From: Trichoplax adhaerens
Lineage: Eukaryota > Animalia > Placozoa
NCBI RefSeq assembly: GCF_000150275.1
Contig: NW_002060945.1
Location: 879,872 to 943,871, forward strand
Direction: 5' to 3'
DNA length: 64,000 nt
Below are positions 13,229 to 26,964 of the stretch, piece after piece. The notes beneath the pieces are model-generated. The model worked only from the letters and a program-made list of their open reading frames with translations, did not search any database and was not told where the DNA came from. Each line of letters opens with the position of its first letter. Positions within the stretch are counted from its first letter, which is position 1. The position numbers and the translations under genes were made by a program.

Positions 13229-16200
13229 CTATCCAGTGTTTGTATCGTCGTCGTCAAAAATACCATAACTAGCTAATAATTCAACACGCTTAAATAAGTT
13301 AGCTGTGGCTTCAGGTATTCCATGGGCCTCTGCTATACCAGTGGAAGGTGGCTATGAAAATTTAATTTTAGTTTAGATTTAAAGCAGGTTCAAAACTAAA
13401 AGCTATTACAAATTTAGTACGACCATCGTTTACGAAAAATTAAGTACATCCACATTACTATAGAATAACTACGAACATTGTTTTATATAGATTAAAGCAT
13501 TGCAATTATATTTTACTGCATAAAATAAATTATGCAAAGATAAAAAATACTTTCCTTGATCATATTGAACTACTATCTTTCACAGGTACTAATACGATGT
13601 ATGTTTCATCTACACTTGATGTCATTATGTCTATATCCCTTTAGAATATACCTCGCTAAGCTTCCTTGATCTTTTCTTAATATCATTCTTATTGCTACTA
13701 TTTCGTTGCGCATTTGTGCTATATGGCAGGAGAGAAAAACGAACTGATAGTTCCGATAAGGGCATTACATTATGTGATTCTTGACCAGCTGCATGACTAG
13801 TCCTATCTGTGGTGATGATTGGTGGTTGACCACTTATACAGGTTAAACAACCTAACAGAGCCTGTCATGAGAAACAATTTAACGATGATGCCACAAATCC
13901 AAAATCACAGAGTAAGATTAGAGTCAATTACATCAATAAAGGTATGTATTACCATGCATCTTTGAGTATAACGGTTTAAATTTGACTTGATATACGGCGT
14001 AAAAACATCTAGGTCAAAAGGATCAATGTAACCTTCAATTCTTTCAACTAAGTCTTGGGCTCGTTTATATGATTCTTTCGACGTCTATTGGCCAGCAAAA
14101 GAAAACGAATGTTACGTTTGAAATTATCATCATAATCTGCATCACTAAGTAGAGAAGCTTACCGTTATATCATCAGTTTGACAGTTTAGAATGTTATTTA
14201 TGAATTGAATATCGTAAAGGAATTGAATTGCACAAGTCTGCGTAATTTTCGTTTCAGGCGTGGCAGTTTGAAAAGATTCGACACCTTCTTCTAATACACT
14301 GCTAACATTAAGGTCACGCTCTGATTCAATCTTTTCATTGGTTAAGTGATCTTCGTAAATCCCATAGATTCCTGAAGACAGTCGATGTACAAGATTTTGC
14401 AAAATTGACCTACGTTAACCCAATAATAGGATGATATACGCTATCAGTGTACAGATTTTTACGAAATACTTTATTTTTTAAGACCAGAGTTAATCTAGTA
14501 ATCAATTATTTACTTTAATGAAGCAACATAATTTAAGTACTACTCAATATCTGACTCTATGTAATATTAGAACATATTTCATTAAAAAGTTAGAAAAAGA
14601 ATTGAGCAAACGAAAGCTGCAGNCAATGTGAGACTATCATCACTTGCAAATAAGTTATGACGGAAAGCTNTTAGCAATAAATCGGTAATCCATTCAATCC
14701 AAATGCTGTATAATAAATAGTGATAATACATTTCATAAATAATTGTAGTAATCATTCATTTCATAAATCATAGTTGTAAAGAAAATTTAGTGCTACACAA
14801 TGAGATTTGGATCAAACTATGTAATGTATTTACTTGTGTGCTCGATGATAAGTTTTAGTCAACAGTTGATGATACCGCTGCTCATTTTCAACTTCCAAGG
14901 ATATAGATTTTGATCTTTTAGAGGCAGTAGACGACCATTTATTTAAGCTAATATAATTAAAAATTAAAAAAAAACATCATATAGGTTAACAGCCGAGACC
15001 TCTCGCTAAAAATTACAACAAACCTTTTAGTTTTAACTGCAGTGTTTTCTTGATCCTTATCAATTGTCATTAATTTTTTAGCTTTAGGGCACTGCTCCAA
15101 TATCGCACGAGCAATTCGACCTAACCATAAAACACTGCATACAATAGAAAGATCATGAAGTAATCTTAAATACGATAATGTCAGAGTAAAAGGTGCTTAT
15201 TGCTTTTCAGAGCAGAAAAAAGAATAACAAATAACTAGATAGATTATTGTCTCCCAAACAATTGTTTGCAATAAGTACAATCTTGAGTATTTTCTAGTTT
15301 ACTAGAGCGGACATCATTAAGTATACTTCTAGACAGAATAATGTCAATAACAAACACTTGCTGTAATACCTGTCAATTAGCAAAGCTCGTTTCACATTTG
15401 ATACCGTCTCATCATTCATAGAAGATTGCAATTCATCCAGTTTAGTATTAATTTCATCAGCAATGCTATAAAAAAGGTTATCATTTTAGTTACCAGTTGT
15501 TACTTTAATAATATTTTTGTTCATGTTCAATTTACTTCTTAATACATTCTTCGCATGTAGTCTTCATAAACTGCTTCATTTCGTCTGATCCGGCATATTT
15601 ATCGAAGGCACCAACTTTGCTATCCTTCAGGGGCAAAGCTGCTGAATGTGTAATGCCGTATGCTAAAGATTCAGAAGTGGTTCTAAGTGGAGTAGGCCGT
15701 ATAGATACTGCGTCTTGCACATAGTATTTACAGTCTTCTAGTATTTTTCTCAGTTTCGAATCGAATTTTCTACAGAGCCTATGATGAATTAGAAATACCC
15801 AATAGATTTCATACCAATAATTTGTTGTAACATGTGGATATACATATATATTACACGCATATTCACACGTAAAATACCTGTGCACGCTTGGTGTGAAAGC
15901 TCTCGACTTTAAAGTTAAGCCACCTGTTTCTTCTCTTACACTTTCAGTTTCGAAAGAACTAGCCCATGCATTGGCCGAAGGCATATCATATGAACTTTCT
16001 TGCCAGATGTACGTTGACATGTCGTGATCACATACCATGCTCTGATCACCATCTAGATCTAATAAGCCTTCCGTAATCATTTCCTCTGCAACGTTGAATG
16101 CATTATCAAACATACTTTGAGTAATGGTCTATAAAGCAACGAAGATTTACGGAGTTAAAAATCACGCAATTTACAGTAAGTAATACAGGAAGATGAAGAT

Positions 16201-19200
16201 TGTTACTACTTTTGCACGTTCAAAAAATAATCCCTTTAAAAATTCGTCCCATATCGATAACTTTCGCCCTAAAACTTCTATGCATATGGAATCCCAGTCT
16301 GGATAGTTATCGTTTCCTTGTAATTCCTTTATATTAACAATAAAAAATCACAAGCTTATATAGTGATATCAGCGAGAATGCCATTATATGTAATAATTAA
16401 TTTCACGAACATCGGTTAGTAGATTCCAAATTGCGTCTCTAATTGCCATTAAACTTTTGATGCTGCTAACATAAGCCAACAGTCTTGAGACTCCATCAAC
16501 CACAGCTCGTGTAATCCTGAGTTAAAGAAACGCTCTTTTAATTATTTATTTAAATATTTTATCATAATCTGAACTAACATTGTAACCCATTCTTGGCAAC
16601 TTTCTCGAATGTCTTCAACACTTATTAAGGACATAGACGAAAATATCCGTGGTCTTAACTCTAAAAGAAAATTAATACAGTTGGTATGAATGTACGAATA
16701 AATAATTTTTGAAACGTATATAAGCATTTCTAACGACATTCATCCTTACTTAAGACGGATTGAGGTAAATGCCTTGATATCGTCATCCTATACACTTCAT
16801 GATCGATGAGCACATTTAATACTAAAGCAGGATAAAATTTAATCAATAATGCCATAATCAGTATAATATTAATATCATACGATTTAAAATTAAAAATGAC
16901 TATGAAGGAGCAGTAAGATAGAGTAATAATGCCAGAATACTAAATATAAACCTTCAGATGTATTGCATTCATCCTTTGAAGTAATGTCCTTTAATATTGT
17001 ATACAGCAAACCAGCTGTTTTTCGACGTAATAATAAGAAGTAATACGAATTATGAAACAATCGATTTTAATGTGCAATGGAAGCAGAGTAAGAATAGGGT
17101 CGCACAATTTAATATAGCAACTAATCTTAGATAAATGATTTACGCATTTTTAGATAACATACTAGACGCATCTTCGGTTTCCGCTACGTAGAAGATTTTA
17201 TAGATTTGGCAAATAGTTAATCGTATAACTGAGACAACATCACGGATTTGCAGTTTGATACTATCAGCTGTAAGGAAGGGGAAAAGCAACGTCAGTTGTA
17301 GAATAATTAAAATAACAGTATTCACGATTAGCCTACTTACTGTGTTCATCTGAATATAGTAAAGTCTCTAGTAACGTCTACAAATGAATCAGATTGCAAA
17401 ATAGTGTTAGTATTTTAGAGCTATAATATCAACTCATTACCAATCCGATCAATATGAACTTACATTTCTGACGATAAGAAAATCTTTAAAAGCCTGTCTA
17501 GGAAATTTACACTGATCATCTAATAATAATATAGCGCATAAGCATTCTCCAATATCCTGTTCACAATTATATATATACATTGAGATAACATTAATTAATC
17601 ATTTATATATGACATTTACATCACTTATGATTAATTAGATATTCAAGTATTATAGATAAAAGAACAACCTGTTCAGGTAGATCCACAATTTTTAATCGTT
17701 CACGGATGTCCTATCAACAAAAAACAAATTTTATTTGATAATAAGAATTATTTTCATTGCCTAGAGATCGTCTTAAACATTAAAAGAAATAGAGCAAAAT
17801 ACCACATTGAAATTAACTACAAACAAGTAGCACTCTTTGTTGTTACTCTACCTGCAAAATAGACACAACGTAGTGGCTGATAGTCGACCACTGACGCGGT
17901 AAGATAGGAAAAGAAGCCTATTGAGATCATAGGTCATATACAAAAAGATTAGCTTGCTGCGTAACTTGGATCCTCTATTATATGTAAGGAATTCGTGTTT
18001 CGAATCAACCATGTTAATCGATTCTGCATTACTGTACGGGCTTACCAATAAATTTTTAACAGGCGATGAAGTCATACTCTTTTGTAAATTATCAACAATC
18101 TGGCGCGCTAACAGATATAGTAAAGCTGCATCTAAAAATTTCTTTTTATCCGAGGTACTCCATATCTACATAGTATGAATGATGTAGATCTTATTATAAA
18201 AATGGATGCATATTTGTGAACATATAAGGAAAGAGTACGCTGTCCTATAATCGTGATATCAATTATTACGCAATGGGTTTCTATTACCTTTTCTGGTATA
18301 TCGACTAGCAACTTCATCTGTGTTGCGATACTGTAAAAGGTAGATGAATCCTTGCCAATTCTAACATTTCTGTAATTGCAAAAATAGTAAGATGAAAGCA
18401 TAAGTGAGTCATAATGGAATAATGCATCTATTAGTGATCAACTTGTAACTTTGGATAAAAAGTGTAACGATTTCTCATTCAATGGTTCTCCAAATATAGT
18501 AAAATATGCTTACTCATAGGTATTTTTTCTATCTATCAATATTCATGCTAATTAAGGTTTCTTCTTACCCATTTACGCCTACAGTGTCTCCAGAATTATT
18601 GGTAGCATTGTAATTAGCTTGTAGAGCGTCAATTTCATAACAGTAATGCTTCATATCATCCAACTTTTTAACAACCTAAAGACATCAAGCAGTCAGTGAT
18701 GAATCATTAGTTGACATATAACATGTTGTGCAATATAAATCGCCGTCTAACTTGAGAACAATTGATCGAAGAGGCTAATTATAAATATTTGAGCAATTGT
18801 GCTATTTATTACGTGCTGTCTTATCTCACCTCAGAAGAAGAGACCTGCATTGCGGCGATAGTATCAGCAGCATCAATTAAATCGCGGTACCTTTCTCTGA
18901 AACAGTTATGTACGTACAATGACATTTATAATCTCTTTTCCATAGGAGTATAATAATATGTGCTGTATAGCAAGTATACGTAGTATAAGACATACCATTA
19001 AATAGAGCCATTTACAATCCTATATTTATAGAATAGTCACAACTACTACTACCTTGCTCTCTAATTTACTCGCCTAGTAGTATCAATAGCATCAACTACC
19101 TGTACAGCAGTTACAAATCATCTTCCATGAGTGGCATACGATATATCATTAAAGAGAGTCATTTATAATAACACATTTATAGAACAGTCACAACTACCAC

Positions 19201-19752
19201 TACCTTGCTCTCTAACCTATCGATCTAGCAATATCAATAGCATCAACTACATGCATATGTACAGAATCCTCTTCCATGAGTGGCATATGACATACCATTA
19301 AAGACAGTCATTTACAATCATACATTTATAGAATAGTCATAACTACCACTACCTCACTCTCTAACCTGCTGATCTAGCAGTATTAATAATATCAACTATA
19401 TGTATAGCAATCAGACATTAACTTTTATGAGTGGCTTGCTTACCCGACCATTTGCCTGAGCTCTTCTTTCTTCCTTTCAATATCACCACTATTCATTCAA
19501 ACAGAAGGATTAAATTAGGTGTATTTCATACCGTTAATGGACACACTATACAGTGGTGTGGTATAATGTCAATCTAACATCATTAAAATGTAACCAACTA
19601 GAACTAAGCAGGTAGTACAATCATACCAATTTGCAGATCAATTTCATAACATACCGAATGCTCTTTTCTCGATTACGAATTTGATCAATACTGTTATCTC
19701 GAAATAATCGGTCAGTATCGGCTTCTGAGGACCAATCCACTATAATATCCAT
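13229..19752 (-). CDS. COG1: Conserved oligomeric Golgi complex subunit 1 (multi-exon; one conserved internal segment appears absent near 14.4-14.6 kb)
   Basis: Spliced N-terminus MDIIVDWSSEADTDRLFRDNSIDQIRNREKSIR|GDIERKKEELRQMVG|ERYRDLIDAADTIAAM matches the COG1/Vps51-type N-terminal motif. The C-terminal part has AIQFLYDIQF, IEGYIDPFDLDVFTPY and 'HNVMPLSELSVRFSLLP'. The last exon ends GIFDDDDTNTG* (stop 13229-13231). ORF-track fragments 14145-14402 and 15532-16113 are its exons. Confidence 0.92.
18989..19436. repeat. Three diverged tandem copies of a ~150 bp unit in COG1 intron 2
   Basis: The unit start gacataccattaaa/gatatatcattaaa recurs at ~18989, ~19140 and ~19289. Each copy contains ttatagaatagtcacaactac...taccttgctctctaa...tatcaatagcatcaactac...atgagtggc. 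Confidence 0.9.
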
Positions 19753-19829
19753 TAAATTAATTCATTTAATCTGTAATATTTCAACGTAGAAATGCTCTCA
19801 AAATTATGTTAACATGTAAATGATGCTGT

Positions 19830-20494
19830 ACCCGATTTATGTCGGACAGTCGGAGACGAAACTGGACTACTTATCTGGCTCTCCATATTGTTCACGTCTG
19901 AGGAGCTGAGCAGCTGGCGCATGCGGATAATGGCTGCAGTAGACGAAGTAAAGCATACAGTACGTCAAGATATTCACCAAAAGTGATGTCACCCATAGTG
20001 ATAATTTCCTACAGCATGCGATCCATTTTTAGGCCTAGGCGTGCGACATTATTTTTGCTAAGGATTTAAACAATCCTTGAGTAAAGATACTGCGCCGTGC
20101 CATAGTAATAACCTATACAGAATGGTATACTACGTCCGCAGATCGGTAATATAGCTGCGTGGACACATGCCAGCTGTTGCGCACGCGTTTTCTATTACTG
20201 AGTGTACACGTACGTCCACACACAGTGCAGTCTCTACCAGTACAGTATTTCTACTGTACTGTACATACTGTAGATGTTAGTGGTACTGTACAGTACAGCA
20301 CTGTACAGTACTAAAAGGAAAAGTTCTACTGTAGACTACAGCACTGTACTGTACGTACTGTAGGTATAGGTACTGGTTCTAGTGATACGGTACGGTACTA
20401 ACTGTACTCACAATCGTCCCGTGTGCGCCTGTCCATTATTATGCAGGCAACAGTTCGCATTTTGCATCACACTAGTAGGATCCAAGATGGCTGC
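19830..20494. promoter_or_regulatory. Bidirectional promoter region COG1/UQCR11
   Basis: GC-enriched stretch between divergent ATGs (19752 -, 20487 +). NRF1-like GCGCATGCG at 19917-19925, CAGTA/TACTG array ~20230-20410, YY1-like CAAGATGGCTGC overlapping the UQCR11 ATG. Confidence 0.7.
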
Positions 20495-21566
20495 TCTCAG
20501 GAACGGTAAGAATATGCTTGCGCGACTAGGCTACTTAAACAGACGTCAATTTGCATCTGTGGCACAGAGAAGCCCACGATTGAATGTTTATGGAATCACA
20601 ACAGAAAAGGCATTGAGCTGGTAAGCCAAAGGGAGCTTTTTATATTGATTATTAACGTACATATGGGAAATCCTGTGGAAGAAAAATTCGCAAGTATTCG
20701 AGCATGTTTTATAGTCTCGTAAATGTTTGATCAGTATAGCGACGGATTTTGAATTGAAAACAGCTTAGTAAACCAATAATTCAGTAAGTCTATGATTACG
20801 TTGCGCTGGTTGTAAATGCCGTAGTTGTATACTACTGCACAGTATGTACAGTATATTGTACGGTTAGGTTTCTTAGATAATGATATAAGAAATCAATTCA
20901 TATGTTATACAGAATTCAGGGGATACGATTTTTTATTAATGAAAGGAAACACCGTTATGAAGATAGGCGAGAGCTTATTTAAAAATTAATCTTCTGACCG
21001 AAATGTGCAGTACAATATGGAATTAATTACATCCTTGTTCATGCTTTACTTTAGTATTGAATTTCAATGCACTTTTTATTCTGATGTCCAGTCCCACGCG
21101 ATACTGAGTAGTGACAGCAAAATGGTAGTAAAAGAATAATAACTTTGATGGTCAGCCATATATTATAGTATCAAGTTCGGGTGATTCTGTATAGACTTCA
21201 AATTTAGTAAACGATATCCTAATCATCCAAATTTTTATCGCTATTGCTAAGAGAACATGCGGATGTTCATATTCAATTGTCAGTTAGTGGCCTCTATCAA
21301 ACCTTCTTACTGTACTCTACTGTAAATGTTGTCTGACTTGTACAGTATTTGTAGCATCATGAGCATACGCGTAAATAATGCGTAAAATATATAAAATCAA
21401 CTAAGGTTTACTCTCTCGTCAATATTTTAGGTCTACCACCGGTGCTGTTTGGGGTGCTACCGGATTGATTACCCTCATATATCTTACCGACTGGGAACAA
21501 GTTATTCAGTACATACCATTTGTCAAGAATAAGATACCACCACGTCCAAAAGAAGAAGAAGAATAG
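20487..21566 (+). CDS. UQCR11: Cytochrome b-c1 complex subunit 10 (UQCR11/Qcr10), 2 exons (20487-20620, 21431-21566), 89 aa
   Basis: Splicing TG|G gives ...GITTEKALSWSTTGAVWGATGLITLIYLTDWEQVIQYIPFVKNKIPPRPKEEEE*. This matches the UQCR11 pattern W..T...WGA.G...L...TDW..I...P. Canonical gtaagc donor and ttttag acceptor. Confidence 0.88.
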
Positions 21567-22504
21567 GTCAGCTAAGAAACAAACTGCATCTATCGTGCGG
21601 TATAAATTTCCTATTTCCTTAGTGGCAGTAAATATAGACAAAGATACTTGCACTTAGATGCTATCTGATAAGACTAATTAATTAATAATGTATCTTTAGA
21701 TTTATTTCATGTAGCAATAGATTATTATAACGCAATTTTCTAGTGATTTGGTTCAACAAAGTCGGTCATTTTTATTATAACTCATAATGTGCAATTAAGT
21801 TAATACTTTATTTTGCAGACTAAAACAAAATTAGGACGCTATTTTGAAATGCTGTATTCATCATAATCCCGGAAGTTGATGGAAAGAGCTGTTAATTACT
21901 GTAAAATTTAAAATTATTAATGATATGGTTATGCCGTCCATGTGAGTGGATACAACATCTAGATTGTTTTTACCGTTTACCCAGATAACTAGCATTAATT
22001 TTCTCTGAAAGCTAACAGTTCTGATGCGGTGTGGATGATGCTATATTACTAAATAAATTCTTTGGTATAACATCATGATATCTACTTATTGTGTAAGCTT
22101 TATTTGAATTATTATACACTGCAACACGCTTTCATACACCTGCACTTACTAAGTAACAGCATGACTAAGAAAACCGAGATCTTGGTATCATTTCTGCGGT
22201 AGTGCCCTACAGTAATATACTCGTATGTACATAAGTATAGTTTAATCTGCGACAGGAAGATAAATGACATCTAAAAATTAGAATTTGCAAAACTATCGAA
22301 CATAAGGCTATACGGACATTGCAATCATACAAATTAAATACTGGAGTTAGCATCGCCCATTTCATCCCAATTACTGTTCAATGATCACCTTTCTTCATAC
22401 CAATGAATGAATTCTCCACGTACATTATAATAAAAGTATCAATACATAATTAATGAAAGGAATAAGCTACGATTGCTATTCTTGTCCATGTCGGATGTGA
22501 GAAA

Positions 22505-23733
22505 TCATTCACAGACGTTACCAAGCACATCTAATTTATAGATTGTTATTCTTCCAAAAAAATCCGAACTACTTGTAAATATTATCTTAAGATATTCAAT
22601 TTCTTCACTTGCACTTCCATCGAATATCTATTAATGGTTATTAAGTCAAGGAAGCAATTCACAATACAGTAGATAAATTTTACGTTAAGCTATTGTACTG
22701 TACATGCGTCCTTTAATATCTTCAGCGGTAGAATCGCATCACAATTAACATATTACACACTAGCAATCATAGCAAGAGAATTAAAATATTGCAATACAAA
22801 AAGATACTTGGTAAGAATTTATGTCTTTTGGGTAAAAATCTTGTAGATGATGTAGGTTTTTGCTATCCAATCCTCCTTCAAGCCTGCACTCTTTACCGGC
22901 GAATCCACCTTGAAATTGGATACCTACACTGCTTATTTTCACCCTAGCATCAAATGCCATCATAATATACTGCGGAGATCCCTTTAAAGATAATAAAACA
23001 TCAATATAGTTCAATTATCAGTTGAATTACCTCGATCCTTTCTGATTTACTGATACACACAGTGATTAATGATTAACCCCACTTCTTGTTATAGCAAGAG
23101 ACTAGATTAATTCATTTTATTGAATAAATTACAACACATCTAGGTTATTTAGTTGCAAATTATGATTATTCAAACTATAACATTTAAGTTTTCAGTTATA
23201 GTTATTCTCAGCAATCACCATAATCATAAGGACTAGGATGAGATTACATGTAGTCTGATTAAAGGTAACCAGAGCTAGATCTGCAAATTGATATACGTAT
23301 AATTGTATCAGCTTTGCTAATCAATTTTAGCGATTTGCGTTCACTGGCCATAACTGCTATGTAAAAACTGAAATTCTGAACATTTCTTAATCTGCTAAAC
23401 ATTGCAAAAATTTATTCAACTATTATATCTTTACCTGATCGGAGTTCCAACACGTTTCGTCATTTCCATCAAACATAAAATTCTTACCATATGATTTTAT
23501 CGCTCTGTTGAGGACTGAACTAACTCTAATGATCGATTCAATCAATTTTTGTTGAGTAATGAAAAAAGTTTCAATTTACTGTTAGTTTACATTTGATTAA
23601 TTTTAAACTCGATGCTCTCAATGCCATGCAAACTCGTCTGCGATGGAATGATTGATGATTCAACAATATTCACTTACTTGACACGGTGAGCATGAGAGAT
23701 TAGCGACGTCTGCTTAGTATTGAAGTCGTCCAT
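22505..23733 (-). CDS. NR2C2AP: Nuclear receptor 2C2-associated protein (TRA16, galactose-binding/discoidin-like fold), 4 exons
   Basis: Spliced product includes VSSVLNRAIKSYGKNFMFDGNDETCWNSDQ|GSPQYI...IQFQGGFAGK...DFYPKDINSYQ|...LKIIFTSSSDFFGRITIYKLDVLG, matching the NR2C2AP hallmarks ETCWNSDQG, QFQGGF and DFFGR. Confidence 0.93.
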
Positions 23734-24060
23734 CTCCTGGGCTTATACTGTACATAATTAGAAGTATATAGTATACTGTAAATTACTTTAGCTTTTGATA
23801 GCTCCACCAATACGATTAGCAATTTTCGACTTTTGATGCAGAAAAACTAAATCAGTACAACCTTATTTACGTACCATAGCTCTTTGCCCTGCACTCCAGT
23901 ATGCAGTGTACAGTACAGTACACTACACTACCATATTGTACGTTAGGGTACTACTGTACTATAAACTGCTTGGACTGCCATCCGTCCACCAACACCGTAC
24001 TCAGTCTACTGCGGACACTGGACTAGCCACTAGCTAGGTATTTGCTGCTTCAATATGGCT
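23734..24060. promoter_or_regulatory. Bidirectional promoter NR2C2AP/CCNQ (~320 bp between ATGs)
   Basis: Divergent starts at 23733(-) and 24055(+). Pentamer array gtgtacagtacagtacactacactac...gtactactgtactat at ~23895-23965. YY1-like CAATATGGCTG at the CCNQ ATG. Confidence 0.7.
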
Positions 24061-26296
24061 GATGGTGGCGAAAAATCAAAAGTAGTAATGCCACCAGTAG
24101 TAAAAATAAGCGCTCAGCAGCTAATAGAAGATAAAGACCATTGGCCGGAATACCTAAAGATTGGTAAATTTATTGCTGAATCAGGTATATATCATAGAAT
24201 ATTGACCTTTTTACGCTAGGGTAGATACGATAGGATTGCTAATGGAGAAATTGAAATAACTGCAAAGGCAGGTGCATGAACTTTATTATCTGTAAATAAT
24301 TGTATATTCTATGACTACTATATGTTAAAATGGCCGTCAGCTGATTTTTGATCAAGGCAGACTTGGATATCGAAGTAGCATACGATACAATTGTTTAATC
24401 TTATATCTACTCTCTATGGATGTAGACTTACGTAGTGGGTAATCACATTTGCAGCTTGCATATCCGTTCGTAAACATAACGTTACGAATCACTAAATAAC
24501 TACAGTACGAGTATAATCATAATATTATTAATATATTATTATTGACTTCAGACTCCTTTGACTAATATAAGAGGAGAGTGCAGACTGATGATTAATGTGT
24601 AGAATTTATTACCGTAGATAAATGAGAAATTTCTTTACCATTGTAATGTTGAGCGAATTTACCTGTGTGATGTGCCTTACCAATAAAATGTCTTGCTTTC
24701 ATAGTTCCTCTCATAACTAATTGGTTTAGTATCTAACAATTCATAGCGCTACGGCTATTATTACTTATCAATGTTGTATCCCACAAATTTTTTCATTGTA
24801 TTGTACATACGGGTATATTCTATTCGAGTAGGTATCAAATTGAAACTTGGATCTGTTGTTATTGCAAGAGCTGCAACCATTTATCATCGCTTTTATTTCC
24901 TATGTGATATTAGCCAATTCGACCGTTATGTAAGCCTTTTGTATACTAAGAAAAGTTTAACATCAGACTTGCATTTGAAATCTCCATTCATAAATGAAAG
25001 GCAGAAAATCTTTAAAAACATTTAATTAATGATACAGTAATAATTGCACTCCTAACAATGACCATTTTACTAAAATGTTGTTGCTAAGTTATGCAATAAA
25101 TCTATTTCTATCAGCTTGTAGCTGTAACTTGCTTATATTTAGCTAGTAAAGTTGAAGATACACCGCGTCGGGCGCGAGATGTGATAACAACATCCTACAA
25201 GTAAGATAATACAGTAGCTATTTTGCCTATGTTAATGATGTGTATCCGTTGCAATTTAGTGAAGAATGTATAGTAGCGACTACTCCATAATTAAATATCT
25301 AACTATCTACATAAACCCCCGAAATGAAATATAAAAATTTCAATCCTTTATTAGAGTACTACATAAGGAGAAACCGATTTTGAAAGTTGACAGCTTTTAC
25401 TGGCAATTAAGGGACAGCGTAGTAAACTTTGAATTGTTCATGTTAAGAATGCTCAAATTCGATGTCTCTTCCGAGTTACCTCACAAGGTAGAAAATATTC
25501 GTGCATATATATATATAAAACTGTACACTAGTGTACAGTTTAGGTGTATAATGTTTCATCAGGCCACTCAAATTATATATTTATTAAAAATCGTTACTAC
25601 TGATTGTTACTAACAATGTGATCTTGTTATAAAATTTCATACCATGCTTTCTTTTTCCTTAGTATCTTTTACATTACTTAAAATCGTTACAAGATTGGTG
25701 TGGTGAATCGAACTGGACAACTAACCACATAAATCAACTTTGTTGGCAACTACTACAAGATACATCATTATTGCCCTTTATATTATTATATCCCCCTTCA
25801 GTTATAGCTACCGCAGTAATTTATTTAGCAGTAAAATGTAATAATATCGAAGTTCCCAGTGAAGGCAGTACCAAGCCCTGGTGGAATGTGAGTTTGATAA
25901 ATTGAATTATCTGTTGTTTTACTAAAAGCTAGATGAAACTAGTGCATTAATATTCGTAAACATAAGATACAGCTTTAGTTGATAAAAATGTATGAATCTT
26001 ATTATCAGTATACGCGTAAAGCGTGGTACCGTACACCTACACTAGGTATACCGTCTACTGCTTCAAACATCATTTGAAAGGGTAAATGATGAAAGTGACT
26101 AAATTTTTATGCAGTTGTAGGCTGATTTGCAATATTACCAATGTTTTTACTATTACATCATCGGATATTATTCCAGCTACAGGACTAAGACATGCCAAAT
26201 TTTCATTATAATATACTATAGGTATTTTCTCCAAACTTAAATGAAGAAGGTCTTCAACAATTATGCTATAAATTTATGGAACTCTACGACACATAA
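24055..26296 (+). CDS. CCNQ: Cyclin Q (cyclin M / FAM58A), 6 exons
   Basis: KFIAESG|IKLKLGSVVIARAATIYHRFY...DRY|LVAVTCLYLASKVEDTPRRARDVI...[42 protein letters not shown] closely matches CCNQ ([31 protein letters not shown]). Stop at 26294-26296. Confidence 0.92.
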
Positions 26297-26964
26297 TAAA
26301 AACGATAATCTGCCTTTATATTGTGCATTTAGTAATTTATTCTTCACGGAGATGCTAAATAATAACGGCCCAATGATATTGTACAGTTTCATATTTTATC
26401 TATTACAGTAAGCTATTCTAAACAGAAGATCACTGATATACCCGTATATCATTATCTGCCTAATTAATACACGCAAGACAAACCAGTGCGAATGCAGATC
26501 TAATGGAAATTTTTATCATTTCAGTTATTAAAGATATAGTCGCTCCGTATTTCGACTACTTGCTTGCACCTTATTACGTAGAATAGCAAACATAAAAGTA
26601 CCTATTTTACAGTACTTTTCAACAAGTAATACACGTTGCTGCAGTAAAGCTTATTACGCAATTTTAACATAATCGATAAATTCTATATTTTAGAATAGCA
26701 ACAGTAGCATTTATGATAATATAATCCTATACGAACTCTTAGGCACTACAAGCAGAGTAAATTCTTTTATACATTATGGACAGCGCATCGTGTTAGTTGA
26801 GAGAAATTATTTACGGTTCGAATTACTCTACGCGTCTAGGTTTTGTTTACTTAGATTACTTATTATCTGCTACTAATAAGGTTAACATCGGAATAATAGC
26901 ATATTATATTCATTATCATATAGTAAATAATTATAATCATGGGAAATGGATAATTTTTTCACAC

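Noticed and set aside
14890-14910. ATATCCTT on the minus strand as a U12-type 5' splice site
   Set aside because: It lies inside an open COG1 exon (KSISLEVE) bounded by ordinary GT-AG sites.
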